Assembly (NCBI RefSeq): GCF_009914755.1
Contig: NC_060934.1
Length of the DNA stretch: 64,000 nt
Strand: one strand, 5' to 3'
Source: the human T2T-CHM13v2.0 reference genome, Homo sapiens
The translations under genes were made by a program, and so were the position numbers. Position 1 is the stretch's first letter, and the number at the start of each line of letters is the position of its first letter. Below are positions 13,820-28,538 of this stretch, in pieces. The notes under the pieces are model-generated. The model was not told where the DNA came from. It made no database searches and saw nothing but the letters and a program-made list of their open reading frames with translations.

Positions 13820-14900
13820 ACTATGCATTCATTTATTCATTCAACAATGATTTCCCAAGCACACACTATATGGCAGGTACTGTTCTAGGCATCGGGAAAA
13901 CAGAAGCTATGGAGCAGGCAAGATCCTGCTCTCTGAAAGCTCACATTCTGGGGAGAAGGGGAGGGAGGTGGGGAATGACATAGTAAACAACAGTTAAGAA
14001 GACAATGGGCTGGGCATGGTGGCTCATCCCTGTAATCCCAGACTTTGGGAGGCTGAGGTGGGAGGATGGCTTGAGCCCAGGAGTTCAGCCTGAGCAACAC
14101 TGGGAGACTCCATCTCTCCAAAAAAAAAAAAAAAAAAAAAAGATAATAACAGGTTGTAATAAGTGTTTTGAAGACAGTAGAATGTGACAAAGTGACCAAG
14201 AGTACATGAAATGAATGCATGCCTGGGGCGGGGGGGCTCTCTGATTCTATGAGAGGTGCCATGTGAGCTGAGGCTGAGTGCCCAGGAGTCAGCTCCTTGG
14301 GGACCTGAGGGAAGGGACTGCAGGCAGAGGGAACAGCAAGGACAAAGGCCTGGTGGCAGCACTGCGCTTGGTGCCCAAGGAGCAGGTGAAGCGAGCGAGC
14401 TGGGGTGCTGAGAACAAGTGACAGGAGGGTGACAGAGATGGGTCTGGAAGGGCAGGCAGGGCCATCACCCAGGGCCTGGGGGCAGGCAAGGAGTTTGGAG
14501 TTCATTCCAAAAAGAAAGGGAGTCTTCAGAAAGGTTCAAGGCCATGGTCTGCCAGGATAGGGTTTATGTTTTAGGAGGGCTCTGATTCGTGGGAAGACTG
14601 GATTATGGAGGAGGTGACCGTGAGAATGTGGAGACCCCTGAGGAGGCTGTCTCAGTTGCCCAGGTGACAGGTTGATGCGGGGCTGGACCACGGTGGGGGC
14701 AGAGTCGATGCAGAGGAAGAGGGCAGATCCGGGCTGTCTCTGGGGGGCAGTCTGAGAAGATGAGCTGAGGACGAGCTGACTTGCTATTGGGCTGGATATG
14801 GGACATGACTGGCCAGGTGTGGGGTGGTCCCAACCGGGTTTGAATCCCTTTTGGCATCTTAGATGCACATAGCAGCTGACCCAGGCACAGGTGTGCCCCG
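13820..14900 (-). mobile_element. L2 LINE (3' part), interrupted by a FLAM
   Basis: cattcatttattcattcaac..ctatatggcaggtactgttctagg and typical L2 body. Confidence 0.75.
14007..14141 (+). mobile_element. FLAM (Alu monomer)
   Basis: Single left arm with polyA. Confidence 0.85.
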
Positions 14901-15994
14901 TACAGGTCTGAAGGTGTCAAAGCTAGCATCTGCTGCTTGGATGGCTTCCTCCCTGGTCACTGAGGTCAGGCATTTATTTTGCCCATAGACGTCTCCTATA
15001 ACTTCTTTTTGGAATCTCCTTAAGCCAAGGACTTCCCAGTGTTCCTTCACAGTGGGAAAAGGGGAGAACAAGGTGGAGCCCAGATGGAAAAAGAGAGGAA
15101 TCCCTAGAGCTAAAAATAAACCTCGGGCAGTGTTGCCAGGGAAGCCTTGTAAAGCAGCCCCCGCAGTGAGGCGAGCCGCCCGGGGCAGCCTGTGCTTCCC
15201 AGGCTCTGCTGCCAGCCCTTCTAATGAGGCTCTCCTTGGGGGAAAAACTGCCTCCTGCCAGGGACCTGGGAATGCAACAGGAAAAGTGCCCCCGCAAAGC
15301 TTGCTGTCTTCCAAGCCCACCCTGGTGCCCAGCTGCAGGCTACTTCTCCAGGTGGCAGCCCAGCTGCTGACCCAGGTGATGGGCTCCTTTCAAACAGGGG
15401 AGCTGCCCACCTGGAATGAGATGCAGGAGGAGGAGGAAGTGCAGGGAGAGAAGATGCTGGCTGCTCGGGGGTTGCTGGGGCACCTGTGTGCAGGCCTGCC
15501 CTTTTCCAGGTCCCGCCCTCCCTGGACTCCAGACCCCAAGAGGTCACAGAAGCAGGGGTCGCCCAAGCCTCTGTGCATGCCCAAGGCGGTCCTGTCCCAC
15601 ACCTTGCCCACGTGGATGCCCGTGCCTGGAGCGCCTTCCCAGCCTACCTGAACCCCAGCCCTTCTCCACCTCCAGTTCCACTCCTACACGCAGACCCAAG
15701 GCAGGAGGAAGGGAATGTAGCATTGACCAGACACCTCTTCTATCTGCACCATTTTATTTATTTAAAAGAGACATATCTGAAGCAAATGTGGCAAAATATT
15801 CACGTGTTAAATCTGGGCAGTCGGTCCTCTCATGCCTGTGATATCATTTTCTATAGGATTGAAAACATTCCTAATTACAAATAAACACTGGAGAGAAGCT
15901 GCAGCACAGAGAAGCACTGGCAGCGGCTGGCTGGAGGGCAGGACAGTCCCAGTAAAAACTCGGGGGGTGCAGTGAGGAGGCAGGAGGATGGGTC

Positions 15995-16110
15995 TGCTGG
16001 GGTGGAGGAGGAAGAAGAGGAAAAGAAAGGGGTGGAGGAGGAGAAGTAAGAAGGAGGAAGGAAGGGGAGAAGGGGGAAAAGGAGAAGGGAGTGGGGAGGA
16101 TGTGGGGAGG
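15995..16110. repeat. GA-rich low-complexity purine tract
   Basis: Read directly from the sequence. Confidence 0.8.
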
Positions 16111-17677
16111 GGTCCAGATGGCAGCTGGGTTTGGAACACACTGAGGTGGAGGCACATGTGTGGCTTACACGCAGAGACACCTGGGAGCGGCAGCCTACTA
16201 GGCGTGTCTGCTTAGACGGGTAACCAGTCTGCAGGTCAGCTCGGGTTGCATCTGTCTCCAGCCCCTCAGCCCCACTCTGAACACCAACACTTGCCCTTAG
16301 CAGGTGCTCAACAAATGTGATCAGGTGCTCACCCCCAACCCTTCCTTCCAGTTGATGGCAAAGGCTTGGACCAGAGAAAACGGCTGTTCACTGATAGAAG
16401 ATATTCAAGGGCCAGCAAAGCCCTGCCCCAAGCCTGTTCCTGACACCTACCTGACCTGGATCGCTGACAGCTTGGGGGCCAGCCTGTCCCTGCAAGAGCC
16501 ACTCCCTTTCCTGGGCACCTGCCCACTGCTCAGCTATTTCTAGCAGGAACAGCAATGGGGCAGGTGTGGCCTTAGAGGAACAGCTAGCATGGGGGTGGGC
16601 AGGGATTAGGCAATGGAACAGACAGATGAGACCCGGGGACCCTCTGTCCAGTCAGATAAGGGGAAGAGCTGGCCCAAGACTCCTGCCCTCCGTGCCCCTA
16701 ACCCCACTCACAGGGACTCTGAACCCCACTCTCCGGGGGTAGCCTGAGTGAGGGCTGAGGCCACTGCCAGCCCCTTGTACTCATAGGGCCCCCGGGCACA
16801 GCATGGCCCAGGGAAGGGAGGAAGCAGTCACTGCTCTTCTGGGAGGGGGACAGAGCAATGGCTGGCCATCACGGCTGCCCACAGGAGGCAGGACAGCCTC
16901 CCCATCAGGTGCCAAGACTGCCGCCTGATTCCAAAAGGCGCGTCTGTACGTGAGCCACTCTCGGGAAAGCTGCCTCCCCATCCCCACAGTCTCCTGAGGA
17001 GGGGAAGCAGGTTTCCTCCCCTGCAAGGGCTTCTGCCTTCACTAATCCCAGCAGGAGACTCCCATGCAGACCAGAGCAGGCTTCCACCTGCCCTTCTCCC
17101 AGACTTCTGCTTGGGATGCGGCCGCATCCTGGGATGAGACATGCAGACGAGACTGGCAAAGACAGAATCAGGGCGAGAGAAAAAGCCTCCGGGGAGGCTG
17201 ACATAAGAGCGTAGACGGAGGCTCAGGGAAAGGTCACAGGAACAAACACAGCCACAGCCAGAGATGGGCTCAGAGACCTCAGACAGACAGAGAGAAATAG
17301 AGAAACTGAGGAAAGAGAGACAGAGAGAGAACACCACAGGGAGAATCCAAGACTCCTGAGCAGAGCAAGGAAACGAACATACAGAAACTGACCATTTCTC
17401 TCTATGCCCAGCCCCCACCTGCCCCTTCTGCTCTGTAGCTGAAGCCTTCTTGGCAAGGAAGGGAAAGGACTCCTCTCCTCTTCGAGGTGTGGGGCTTCCC
17501 AGGCTGGCTCTGCAGCACATCAAAGTGGCAGCAGAGAGGAACGGCTTAGCGCATGGATTCCAGCACCAGACTGCCCAGTCTGAATCCTGGCTCCTCCACC
17601 TACCTGTGGTGAGACCTTGACATCCTATGTGACCTGAGTACCCTCATCTCTTTTTTTAAAAAAAGGGGGAATGTTGG

Positions 17678-17980
17678 GGGGCTGTGGCTTGCACCTTTAA
17701 TCCCAGCTACTAAGGAGGCTAATGGAGGAGGACCACTTAAGGCCAAGAGTTTGAGACCAGTCCAGGCAACATAGCGAGACCCCCCATCTCTACAAAAAAT
17801 TTAAAAATTAGTCCAGCACAGTGGTGCACACTTGTACTCCCAGCTACTCAGGAAGCTGAGCTGAGAGGATTGCTTGAACCCAGGGGTGAGGCTGCAATGA
17901 GCTATGATTGTACCACTGCACTCCAGCCTTGTGACACAGTGAGACCTCTTAAAAAAATAAATATAAAATAAAAATAAATT
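17678..17980 (+). mobile_element. Alu (AluJ-like)
   Basis: Diverged Alu consensus. Confidence 0.88.
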
Positions 17981-19804
17981 TTGAAAAATGGGGGAGAGTG
18001 GTGGTGCCTACATCCCAGGGTGGGCTGTAAGCAGTTCAGGGGTGATCATGGAAAGGACATGGGGCAGGGCCTGACACAAAGCACGTGCCAACACTGGTTC
18101 CTACGGAGAGTCCCCCCAGCCTGAGGGGTGACCCCTGCTCCCCAACCTCCCCTGCCTCAGGAGGAGCAAGTCAGGTTTGTCCCTAAGCTCCTTCCTTCCT
18201 TCTTGCCCTTCCTGAGCTGAGGAGAAAGTGCAGAGGTGAGAGAAGCCCTTGGCCGCTGGGACTGAGGTCACCTGCAGGCATCACCAGCAGCTGTGACAGG
18301 GAGCTCCTCAGGCCCTAGGGTCTCCTTATCCCAGCACTCCACAGTTCTGTCCAGCTTTGCATCCGATTCACTTATCAAGCCTGTCTGAACTCCAGACACA
18401 GGGAGCCTGCCCTAGACAGTCAGATTCAGGAGGCTGCTGGGGAACAGGAATCTGGATGCATTTTTAATCTGGCTCGCAGGTGAACCCAGATCACAGGTGA
18501 TTCTGTCACCCATCCAGGGCACAGGCCCATGGCTCCAGCCCGCACCCTGGTTCTTGACTACACAGCCAAGAAACCCAGGTATTCCAAACTGTCCCAACTG
18601 CCAGACTCAGGCAGCAGCAGACTTTTCTCAATATGCACCAAATATATATATAAAGCAATGGATAGAGTCTCCCATTTTGGAGTCCTCCTACACAGTTTTC
18701 TTAAAACATTGGCACTTTGCCAGACTGCCTGGCCCCAGTCTCTTCTGTCTTGGTCCCCACCCTGTTGCACTGCTGGATGGAGTGGGGGCAGGCACACACA
18801 GAGGGGTTTCCCTCCACCCTCCCACTGGGGATTCCTCCTCAAAGGTTCCAAGATGAGCAGTGAAGCCCTGGGAAACCCAGAAAAAAACCAAGCCTGTCTC
18901 CCTGGGGAGCAAGGCAGGCTGGCCTCCGCCAGGGCTGCCCTCGGGAGGTGCTGCCGGGACTGTCTCAGCAGGAAGAATGGCCCTGGCTTGTCACCCACCC
19001 AAAGACCCTCTGCCAGCATCTTAGCTCCAGCCCAAACACCAGCCTCATGCTTCCTGTTTGGCAAAAAACAAACAAACAAAAAAAATCTTTTTGAACAAGG
19101 TATACCTAAATGGACCACATTCCTGGGCTCTTCCCGAGCCCCTCAGCCAGCACTGAGCACAAGACTGCCAGGGTGGATGAACCGGCCACTTTGTTTACTG
19201 AGCACCAGATCAAGGCTCCATAATTAGCAGATAGAGCCAAACCCTGGTGGCTTTGGGGTCTGTCTCCTCACCAGCCCCAAAGCATTGATTTACTGCAGCT
19301 TGGAGGTACCCAAGACCCTTCTGTGGCTGGGAAAAATGTTCCCCTAATCCAGGCTGGGCATGCATTCTGTTCACAGGGAGGATCGGAGCCCCTTCCCCTC
19401 TCCAGGGATGCCAGAGGCAGCACCAACAATCTCATAATAATAATGCTTCACCGCTGCTCCAGCCATGATGGCAAGGCTTTCCTGAGGCTCATCTTCACAT
19501 CCCACAACAGCTCTATGGGACAGGCTCTGCGAGTACAGCCATTTTGCAGATGGGAAGGTGGAGACTCCTGGAGGGTAACTCAGGTTCACACAGCTGGTAA
19601 AGGGGCAGGCCAAGGCGCAAACCCAAATAAGTCTGGCTGATAACACAGCCTGAACCTTCCATCTCTGGGAGATGCTGCCCTACTTGGAAAGTTGGGAATT
19701 TGGCACCAGGACTCCCACAAGTCCTTTGGAGAGCCTGATGTCATCCATCTGTGGAGGTCTCTGGGAGATCTAAAATCTTTTTTCCTTGGCTTCAGCTAAA
19801 TTGA

Positions 19805-20279
<475 letters not shown>

Positions 20280-20819
20280 TCAATGCAGCTCACATCTCCC
20301 GGTCACCACACTGGTGGCAGATTGCCTCCCAGAGGGACGAATAACTCTATCTTCCCTCAGAAAAGCCCACAGCTCAGGCTCCCATAGCTTACCAGACTGC
20401 CCTACATGCCTCATTCCAAAAGAGTCAAAAACAAAACCAGCTGCTGCCATCGTCAGTGGGGGAGGATGGGGGGGTAGAAGGACCAGGATGTCAAGACCTT
20501 CAGGCCCCAGATCGAAGCTGCCCCCACAAGCCAAAGGGAATGCCCACAGCATGCAGGCATGATGCAGGTGGTCTACATCCTGGGCTGCCCACTTAGTGCG
20601 GCAACACCCGTTCTGTGCATTCCACCCTCATGCTCTGCCAGCTGAGGGCTCTTTCACCCAGGATGACTCTGGATTTTCCCCTTAGGGTCCCCAGCACCAT
20701 GCATGGAGTCAGGCACGTAGCTAGTGCTCCTCCAGAGGTGCCAGGAGGCACTTGAAATTCCCTCCAGCAGGAAGAGAGTGACCTGGTCACACCTGAAGCT
20801 TCACAGGGTGTGTATACGT

Positions 20820-20845
20820 ACACACACACACACACACACACACAC
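20820..20845. repeat. (AC)n microsatellite
   Basis: Read directly from the sequence. Confidence 0.9.
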
Positions 20846-21162
20846 AACACTCACCTGGCCACCACCAAAGATCCCCCTTCCCTTCATTCTCCAGTTTGGA
20901 GGGGGGCACTGTCACCCAACACACTTTCCAGACAACTTTCCTGTTGGTTATCCAAAGAGGGGTAAGATGAAGGCCCAGTAGGGGCAGAGCTGAATTTTCT
21001 AAGTTGGACCTTTGGGCCTAGGAGCAGAGGAGGAAGGAGGTGGCAGAGGCAGCAACTGCATTCCAACGCCTCCCTGACGTGACACCCAAACACACCCTGA
21101 CATGACACTGCACACCAGGAAAACAAGGTGTGCAGCTCTGAACAGTCATGAAGGTGGTGTGA

Positions 21163-21742
<580 letters not shown>

Positions 21743-21909
21743 CAGAAAGAGGACTTCTGAGTGGAAGGCTAGGAACTCAGATTGGAGTGAGCTAGAAGCG
21801 AGAGTACCAGAGTTCTAGTCCTGCTGTCACTTGCTGTGATCTTGGACAAATCACTCCCTGCTTGGGACCTCATTTCCTTGTCTGTCAAATAAGGGAAATG
21901 GGCAAGATC

Positions 21910-22145
21910 AGAGGGCGGCCAGTTAGTTTCATCTCAAGGTGCCATTGCCAACTGATAGGTAGTGACTTCCTAAAGATACTCGGTTTTGTTTTTTAGAAAG
22001 ACTCTGAGACCATGTCTGGGCTCGTAATCAATTAACAATGCCTGCCATGGGTACAGGACAGGAGAATGCCATGATCAATTAGTGATGTCTGCTGTAGGCA
22101 TGAGTGGGAGATAGCAACATGAGTGCCAGATACTTGTCATCCTGC
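21910..22145. mobile_element. MER102-like hAT DNA transposon remnant
   Basis: tttcatctc..tgccaactgat.ggtagtg..atgatcaattagtgatgtctgc..tgccagatacttgtcatcc. Confidence 0.5.
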
Positions 22146-24199
22146 TAGATATCTCTAAGGGCTTCCTGGTTGGAAAACTTATAATTCCACCACTGATTTC
22201 CCAGCGGACATCGTTAACATCAGTTGACAAACATGTACCTCCCATATTGTGCTATTTGCACACAGCTGATTTCTCTCCCTGAAAGGGACATTCTCAGCCC
22301 TGCTGGACAGTCACTGGGGGAGCAGTGATGCCCCCAAGGCTCCTAGCACTCACACTCACAAGACGTCACCCAGAAATTTAGAGCCAATGAACAGTGCCAA
22401 GGACTGACACCCAGAGGACATTCCAGCTTCTTACAATTTTCCCCAGTTTACAAAAGAGCTTCCCCCGCTGTATGAAAATCCCACATTGACCCCATGGAGA
22501 GGCTGGGGGTGCAGCAAAGGGCGGAGATGGCTTTTGATTTTCTACTGCACAAATGAGGGTCTGATCTGACAGGGCCTTGAGTCCATTAGGAATAGGATTT
22601 GGCCAAACACCCTGTGAACACCGTGAATACCCTGGGCCTGGATCAAATGCACACAACCATCCAAAATGAGGCTCACAGAGCGAGTCCTCAACTGTATAGG
22701 AAAGGTGTGATTTCCCACACAGACCCACAGCATGGTGCATATCTGACAAATCCCAGCGGCTTCAGTGTCACACAAGTTCCCCAGCTCTCTTGATGTCCAC
22801 AGGCTCTGGCTGGGTGGAGAGTTCTCCTGAGGGCAGGCCCCGAGGCGGTGATTCTCAGGGCCTGAGCTCAGCCCTCTGGGTCTTATTTCCCTTTATGCAT
22901 AGATGTGCAGAGACCTCTCCTAGATGCTCTATCCCCGCTGCCACCACCTTCCTTCCGTACCTCTCTCCATCTGCTTGGAACCAGGTCCCGAGTTGCTCTG
23001 GACCTGAGAGGCCCCCACAAGCACAGGGGTCTTCCTAAACCCACAAGGTTGGGAAACTGCACGAGAAGTTGCAAACTCCATCTGCTTAAAGGGGAAAAAA
23101 GATCAACCCAAACTTTTCCCAACACCCTCCAGCCGGACCCAGGTAACCCCAGGATTCAAACTCAATGGTAACTGGCTTTCCCATCCTGAGCCTGCCCAGA
23201 GGTGCCAGTTCACCCTGGTCTTCCTCTCCCAATATTCCACAACTCCCTCACCTGCTAACAGGATCTGCCAAAGGGGAACTCAGGAGAGGCAGGAGGAAGC
23301 TGGAGTTCATACTCAGGCCACAGGCACAAGTTGAAAGGGGCGCTGGAGCCCAGCCAGCTCCCAGGTGGAGCGGAGCCAGCCAGGGAATCCCCAAGAGCCG
23401 ATGGAAGCCCCACAAGGCTCCCCTGGAACCCCTATGTGTTCCTTCAGGAATCAAAGATGCCTCTTTCCAGGAGCAAGGAAAAGCTGTCAACTAATAATTA
23501 CTTTTTAAAAAACAATGTTTTCCTAACAGCATTGTTGGAAGGGAAATAGGTTTGTAGTTAAACTTTGAAGGTGAAAATCATTTATCTAGAAAACCTTTAA
23601 CACTGCCTTCTGCCTCTCTTCCCTGGAGGCAGGCCGAGCTATTTGGTGAAAGTGATGTCTACATTAACGGGGCACAGGAAGAAACTTCTGTCTCTAGATG
23701 GAGTGGGGCTCTCTGGCTTTTTGGAGTTTTAAGCTTCTGAGGGCCTAATTGGTGACATTTCAGCTTACCTGTCTGGCGTCTCTGTGCCAGTCCTATCCTA
23801 AGGGCTTTCTTTATATGGACTGTGTCATTTTATTTTTCCTGTTACCCAGTGAGGCAGTTATTACTATACACCCATTATACAGATGAGAAATCAAGCACAG
23901 AGAGGTTAAATCACTCATCAAAGCTTAGACAGTAAGCGCTGGGGCTGGTCTTGAAACCCAAGTGCCCTGGCCCTGGAGCGCATGCCCTTAGCCACTGTGC
24001 CCCAGCAACACACAACTCTGAGTACAGTTTCGTCATGACACAAGAACCCCCACCCAACTGCTTCCTGCCTCAATATGTAGTTTGCAGATTTTGAGTAATA
24101 TCTGAATACAAGATTCCAGTTGGACAAGATAATTTGGACAGGTCCCTGGGGTTGGTTGTAATGGGATCTAACCAGTTTACATTCCACAGGAATGATCTA

Positions 24200-24830
24200 G
24201 AATGATGGTCCAGGAAATATGAGGTAATGTGATTTTTATAATGAGTTTCATGTCCTCCTTGTTAGACATGTTCTTATGTTTACTTTTTTCACCTGTGCTT
24301 TCTGTCCCATTATACCATAATGACCAGGAAAGACATATTTTATTTTTGACTTCCCACCAACCCTAGCTCCCCCAATAGGTGACTCTTTAACTATTCAATA
24401 TTAATGTTGCAAATAATATATGAATGCATTCTCCTTTTCTAAAAGAGTAAAACATTAAGATAAGGTTCCCCCTTTATCAAGCCCTTCCTCCTACTGATAT
24501 CCCTAACCCCCATCTAGAGATGAGTCGGATACCAATCTGGAGTACAGCCTTCTAGATTAAAAAACATTTACATTCATATGCTGGATATGTACCTGCAAAA
24601 TATAAATCTTGTTCTTGGGTTTTTTTTTATATAATTATTATCATACTATAAGTACTGTTTTGAAACTTGCATTGTTTGTTCAGAATGTTTCTTGGAGATC
24701 CACCCATGGATCAGTCTCATTTGCTTTGACTGCTGTACTAAGTGCTGTGAGAATATCACAGTTGACTTAGCAACTCTGTATGGATGGTCTTTTAGGCTGT
24801 TTCCCATTTTTGCCATTGCAAACAACATGA
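24200..24830 (-). mobile_element. Old L1ME-like fragments
   Basis: cttggagatc..ttaggctgtttcccatttttgccattgcaaacaa resembles the reverse L1M 3' region. Confidence 0.55.
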
Positions 24831-26349
24831 GGCTGTCTGTGCCTGCCTGGGACCAGTGAATGACCTCAGTCAAGGCTGATGTTCTCCTCTGTCTAAGGCA
24901 TGTGAGCATTCACAATGACCCATGCTCAGCACATTCTGGAGCTGGCACTGCCACACCAGGTGTGCTGGAGCTCTCTGCAATCCTTGGTACAAGATCATTC
25001 TTAGAACTTAGCAGGTTACCTCCCCAGGCTGTGGCCTCATCGCTTTAGTCTAGGGTCAGTAATCTCGAACAAATTCCCTCAATGATTAAAAGGCAGAGTG
25101 CCTGCGGAAGAGACATTTCCTCCTCTTTTCTGCTTTCAGGTTGGTTCTTGGCACACACTGGGATCACCCCAGGTTGATCTCAGCTGAGGCCTGCTTTGGA
25201 TATTAAACCAAATGAAAGCTTATATAAATTTAATGAATAGAAAAATTAACACAGTTTGTTACCTGCAAAGTGAGGCACTTGGAATAAGAACTCCTCTAAC
25301 TCTAAAAATGCAATGATCCCATAAAGCTCCGTAAGTGACATCAGTACACACCCACACCCATATACACATTCATTCCAAGGCTGGTTGTTAGTGATTCAGG
25401 AATTATAATTTTTCCACCCATCATGAGGTGGGCTGTTGGGGAGCTGGAAAGTGAGTGTGACCCCAGGGTGGGGTGCATGGGTGGAGAGTCTGGAGAGATG
25501 AATAAGGAATAGAGAGAAAAGCTTGTCAAAATAGGTTAAGTCCTTCAGAGCCAATGAGCAAACCTGAACAACCCTCTTAACTCTATCTTCCAAGCGGTGC
25601 AGGGGAAAATAAAGGGCCTCTCCCAGTTCTGATCAAATATTGACCCTGTGCACTCGCTGGCCAGAGTTCAGACTAAAGCAATAGCAGCATGGTGGAGTCG
25701 GTGTTTGCAGAGCAATTACTGTAGCCCAGCGCTTTGTAGGTCAGGTTGTGAAACAACCGTCCATGGAGCCAGGGCTTCAGAGAGTCTTCCGGCCCCTCCT
25801 CAGTGGGACCAGGAAGGAGCTGTGCAAGGAAATAGACAAAGGCTGGAAACGTGGTCCAGCCACCGGTGAGAAAGCAACTGAAAAGGGCATCTGCCGCCCC
25901 TCCTCCCACCTCAACTGCACCTCCAAGCAACCCAGGCCCTTAATCACCAAATGGGCCTCGACGTTAGGCCCTGTCCTGGTCAGCTTTCCCTGGGACAGGT
26001 CCTTTTCCTGGTCAGATAGGGCTGAGTGGTGAGTTATTTTTAGAAGAAACCAATTTCCACTTGGAGACTAAGAGCCTCACCTCTTCCCTGTTCTTAACTT
26101 CACATCTGAAAGGCTCTTAGAAGCCCTCTCGGGAACCTGACCTGGTTTCCAGAAGAAGTGTTTGGAATAGCCGCTGAGCTGAAAAGCCCTAAGGATGGGC
26201 AAACTGTGCAGGAGAATAATCTCCCTCTTCTTGCCAGGGCCCTAGAAGATTTCAGGGGGCAACTCAGGAAGGGGCTGGGAGGTGACAGATCACTGTAGGG
26301 TGGCCAGAAAGCCAGCTCAAGCCTGTTGTGTGTTCAAAGTTGTCTAAGC

Positions 26350-26580
26350 TACCAGTCTAATAGAATTTTCTGTGATAATAGAAATGTTCCATATCTGCCC
26401 AATACACAACCACTAGCCACGGCCGCCACTGAGTACTTGTGATCTAGCAAGTGCAACCAAGGAACTGAACATTTACTTTTATTTCATTTAATTTTTAAAA
26501 TTTAATTTCAAAAATTTTTAATTAACTTTAATTTAAATAGCCACATGTGGCTAGTGGCCACCGCGTTGGACAGTACAGCT
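26350..26580. mobile_element. MER3 hAT-Charlie MITE
   Basis: tctaatagaattttctgtgat..aatgttc; tttaaatagccacatgtggctagtggc..ttggacag. Confidence 0.8.
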
Positions 26581-27194
26581 TTAAAGCCTCCGTACCTGGG
26601 GGTTCTAAGTGGGCAGCCCCTGCGTGTGAGTCTGGGTCTGAAGGCTCGTGGCAGGAGATATAGGGAGAGAAGAAGGTCTGGAGAAGAGCAGAGGGTGTTA
26701 TCCTGGTGCTCATGGATGGATTTCAGGCAGGGTATGGATAACCAAAAAGGTTACTAGAATTACAGGTGCACATTCATGCACTTGTCTGGGGAGAGAGTCT
26801 TTGGCTTTCATTAGAAGCATAAAAGAGTCTCTCATCTCAAAAGTAAAATAAGATAAAATAACTCACTGATGTGTCAGATAAAACTTACTTCTTCAGGAAG
26901 CCTGCCCTGATCCCAGAGTATAAGGTTTCCCTATAATATGTCTATGGCACCTTCCTTTGTTACATCTGGAATGGTGTAAAACAATATTGTTTGTCTTTGT
27001 TTTTTAACTAAAATCTGTCTTCCCTCACTAAGCTGTGAGACCCATAAAGGCAGGAACCAGATCTGCTTTGGATCATCAATGTGTCCCAGAGCTGGCACAC
27101 CGCCTGGATGTACAAGGCAGACACTTAATATTGGAAGGATGGGAAGAAGGAAAGAAGGAAGGGAGGGAGAGAGGGAGAGAGGGAGGGAGGAAAA

Positions 27195-27250
27195 GGAAGG
27201 AAGGAAGGAAGGAAGGAAGGAAGGAAGGAAGGAAGGAAGGAAGGAAGGAA
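27195..27250. repeat. (GGAA)14 microsatellite within a ~110-bp purine tract
   Basis: 14 uninterrupted GGAA units counted. Confidence 0.95.
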
Positions 27251-27370
27251 ACCAGAGACATATTTTACCCTGATAAGAATTCTCAAAAAACAACCAAATC
27301 CCCCCAAACTAGAGTGTGGGTGTTTGGCTATGTCACCCTAGGCTGCTGTCACTAATTAAGACCATATGGG

Positions 27371-27695
27371 GGCCGGGTGTGGTGGCTGATGCCTGTAATC
27401 CCAACACTTTGGAAGACCGAGGCGGAAGGATACTTGAGCCCAGGAGTTTGAGACCAGCCTGGGCAACACAGTGGGACCCTGTCTCTACAAAAAATAAAAA
27501 AAAAAATTAGCTAGTCATAGTGGCATGCATCTGTGATCCCAGCTACTTGGGAGGCTCAGGCTGGAAGATCTCTTGAACCTGGGAGGCTGAGGCTTCAGTG
27601 AGCCATGATCACACCACTGCACTCCAGCCTGGGCGACACAGCGAGACCCTGTCTCTAAAAACTAAATAAATAAAAGTAAAAAAAAAAAAAAAAAG
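27371..27695 (+). mobile_element. Alu (AluJ-like)
   Basis: TSD agaccatatggg. Confidence 0.92.
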
Positions 27696-28037
27696 AGAGA
27701 GAGAGACCATATGGGCATCTTCTTTGTTCCCTCTCCCAAGAATGCTCTTTCCTTCCTCTTCATCTCATAGCATGTTGCTTGTACCTCAATCTAGTATTTA
27801 GTTCATCTACAGTGGACTTAACTGTTTCCAAGTTTGCCTTCCTCACGAGATGTAGACTCCTGGCAGGAAGAGATCTTGTCCTTCTCAAAAGTGTGTTCCT
27901 CAGCCTGCGCCACTTCTGCTCTGTACAAAAGCTGCTGCCTGGGGGGCCTCAGCACAGGCCCATCCACTCTTACCCGGAGCCAGCCTGGACTCTCATCTTT
28001 CTACTTCCACCCTCGCCTCTCACACTCAGCCAGGCTG

Positions 28038-28538
<501 letters not shown>

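Noticed and set aside
13885-19227. Long ORFs of 186-232 aa (13885-, 15052+, 16828-, 18529+, 18558-)
   Set aside because: No recognisable domains. They overlap L2, Alu or low-complexity DNA or each other on opposite strands, as expected by chance in GC-rich sequence.
25255-25290. Possible recursive splice site on the minus strand (cctcactttgcag|gtaaca)
   Set aside because: Short pyrimidine tract and weak donor; it cannot be supported without nascent RNA data.
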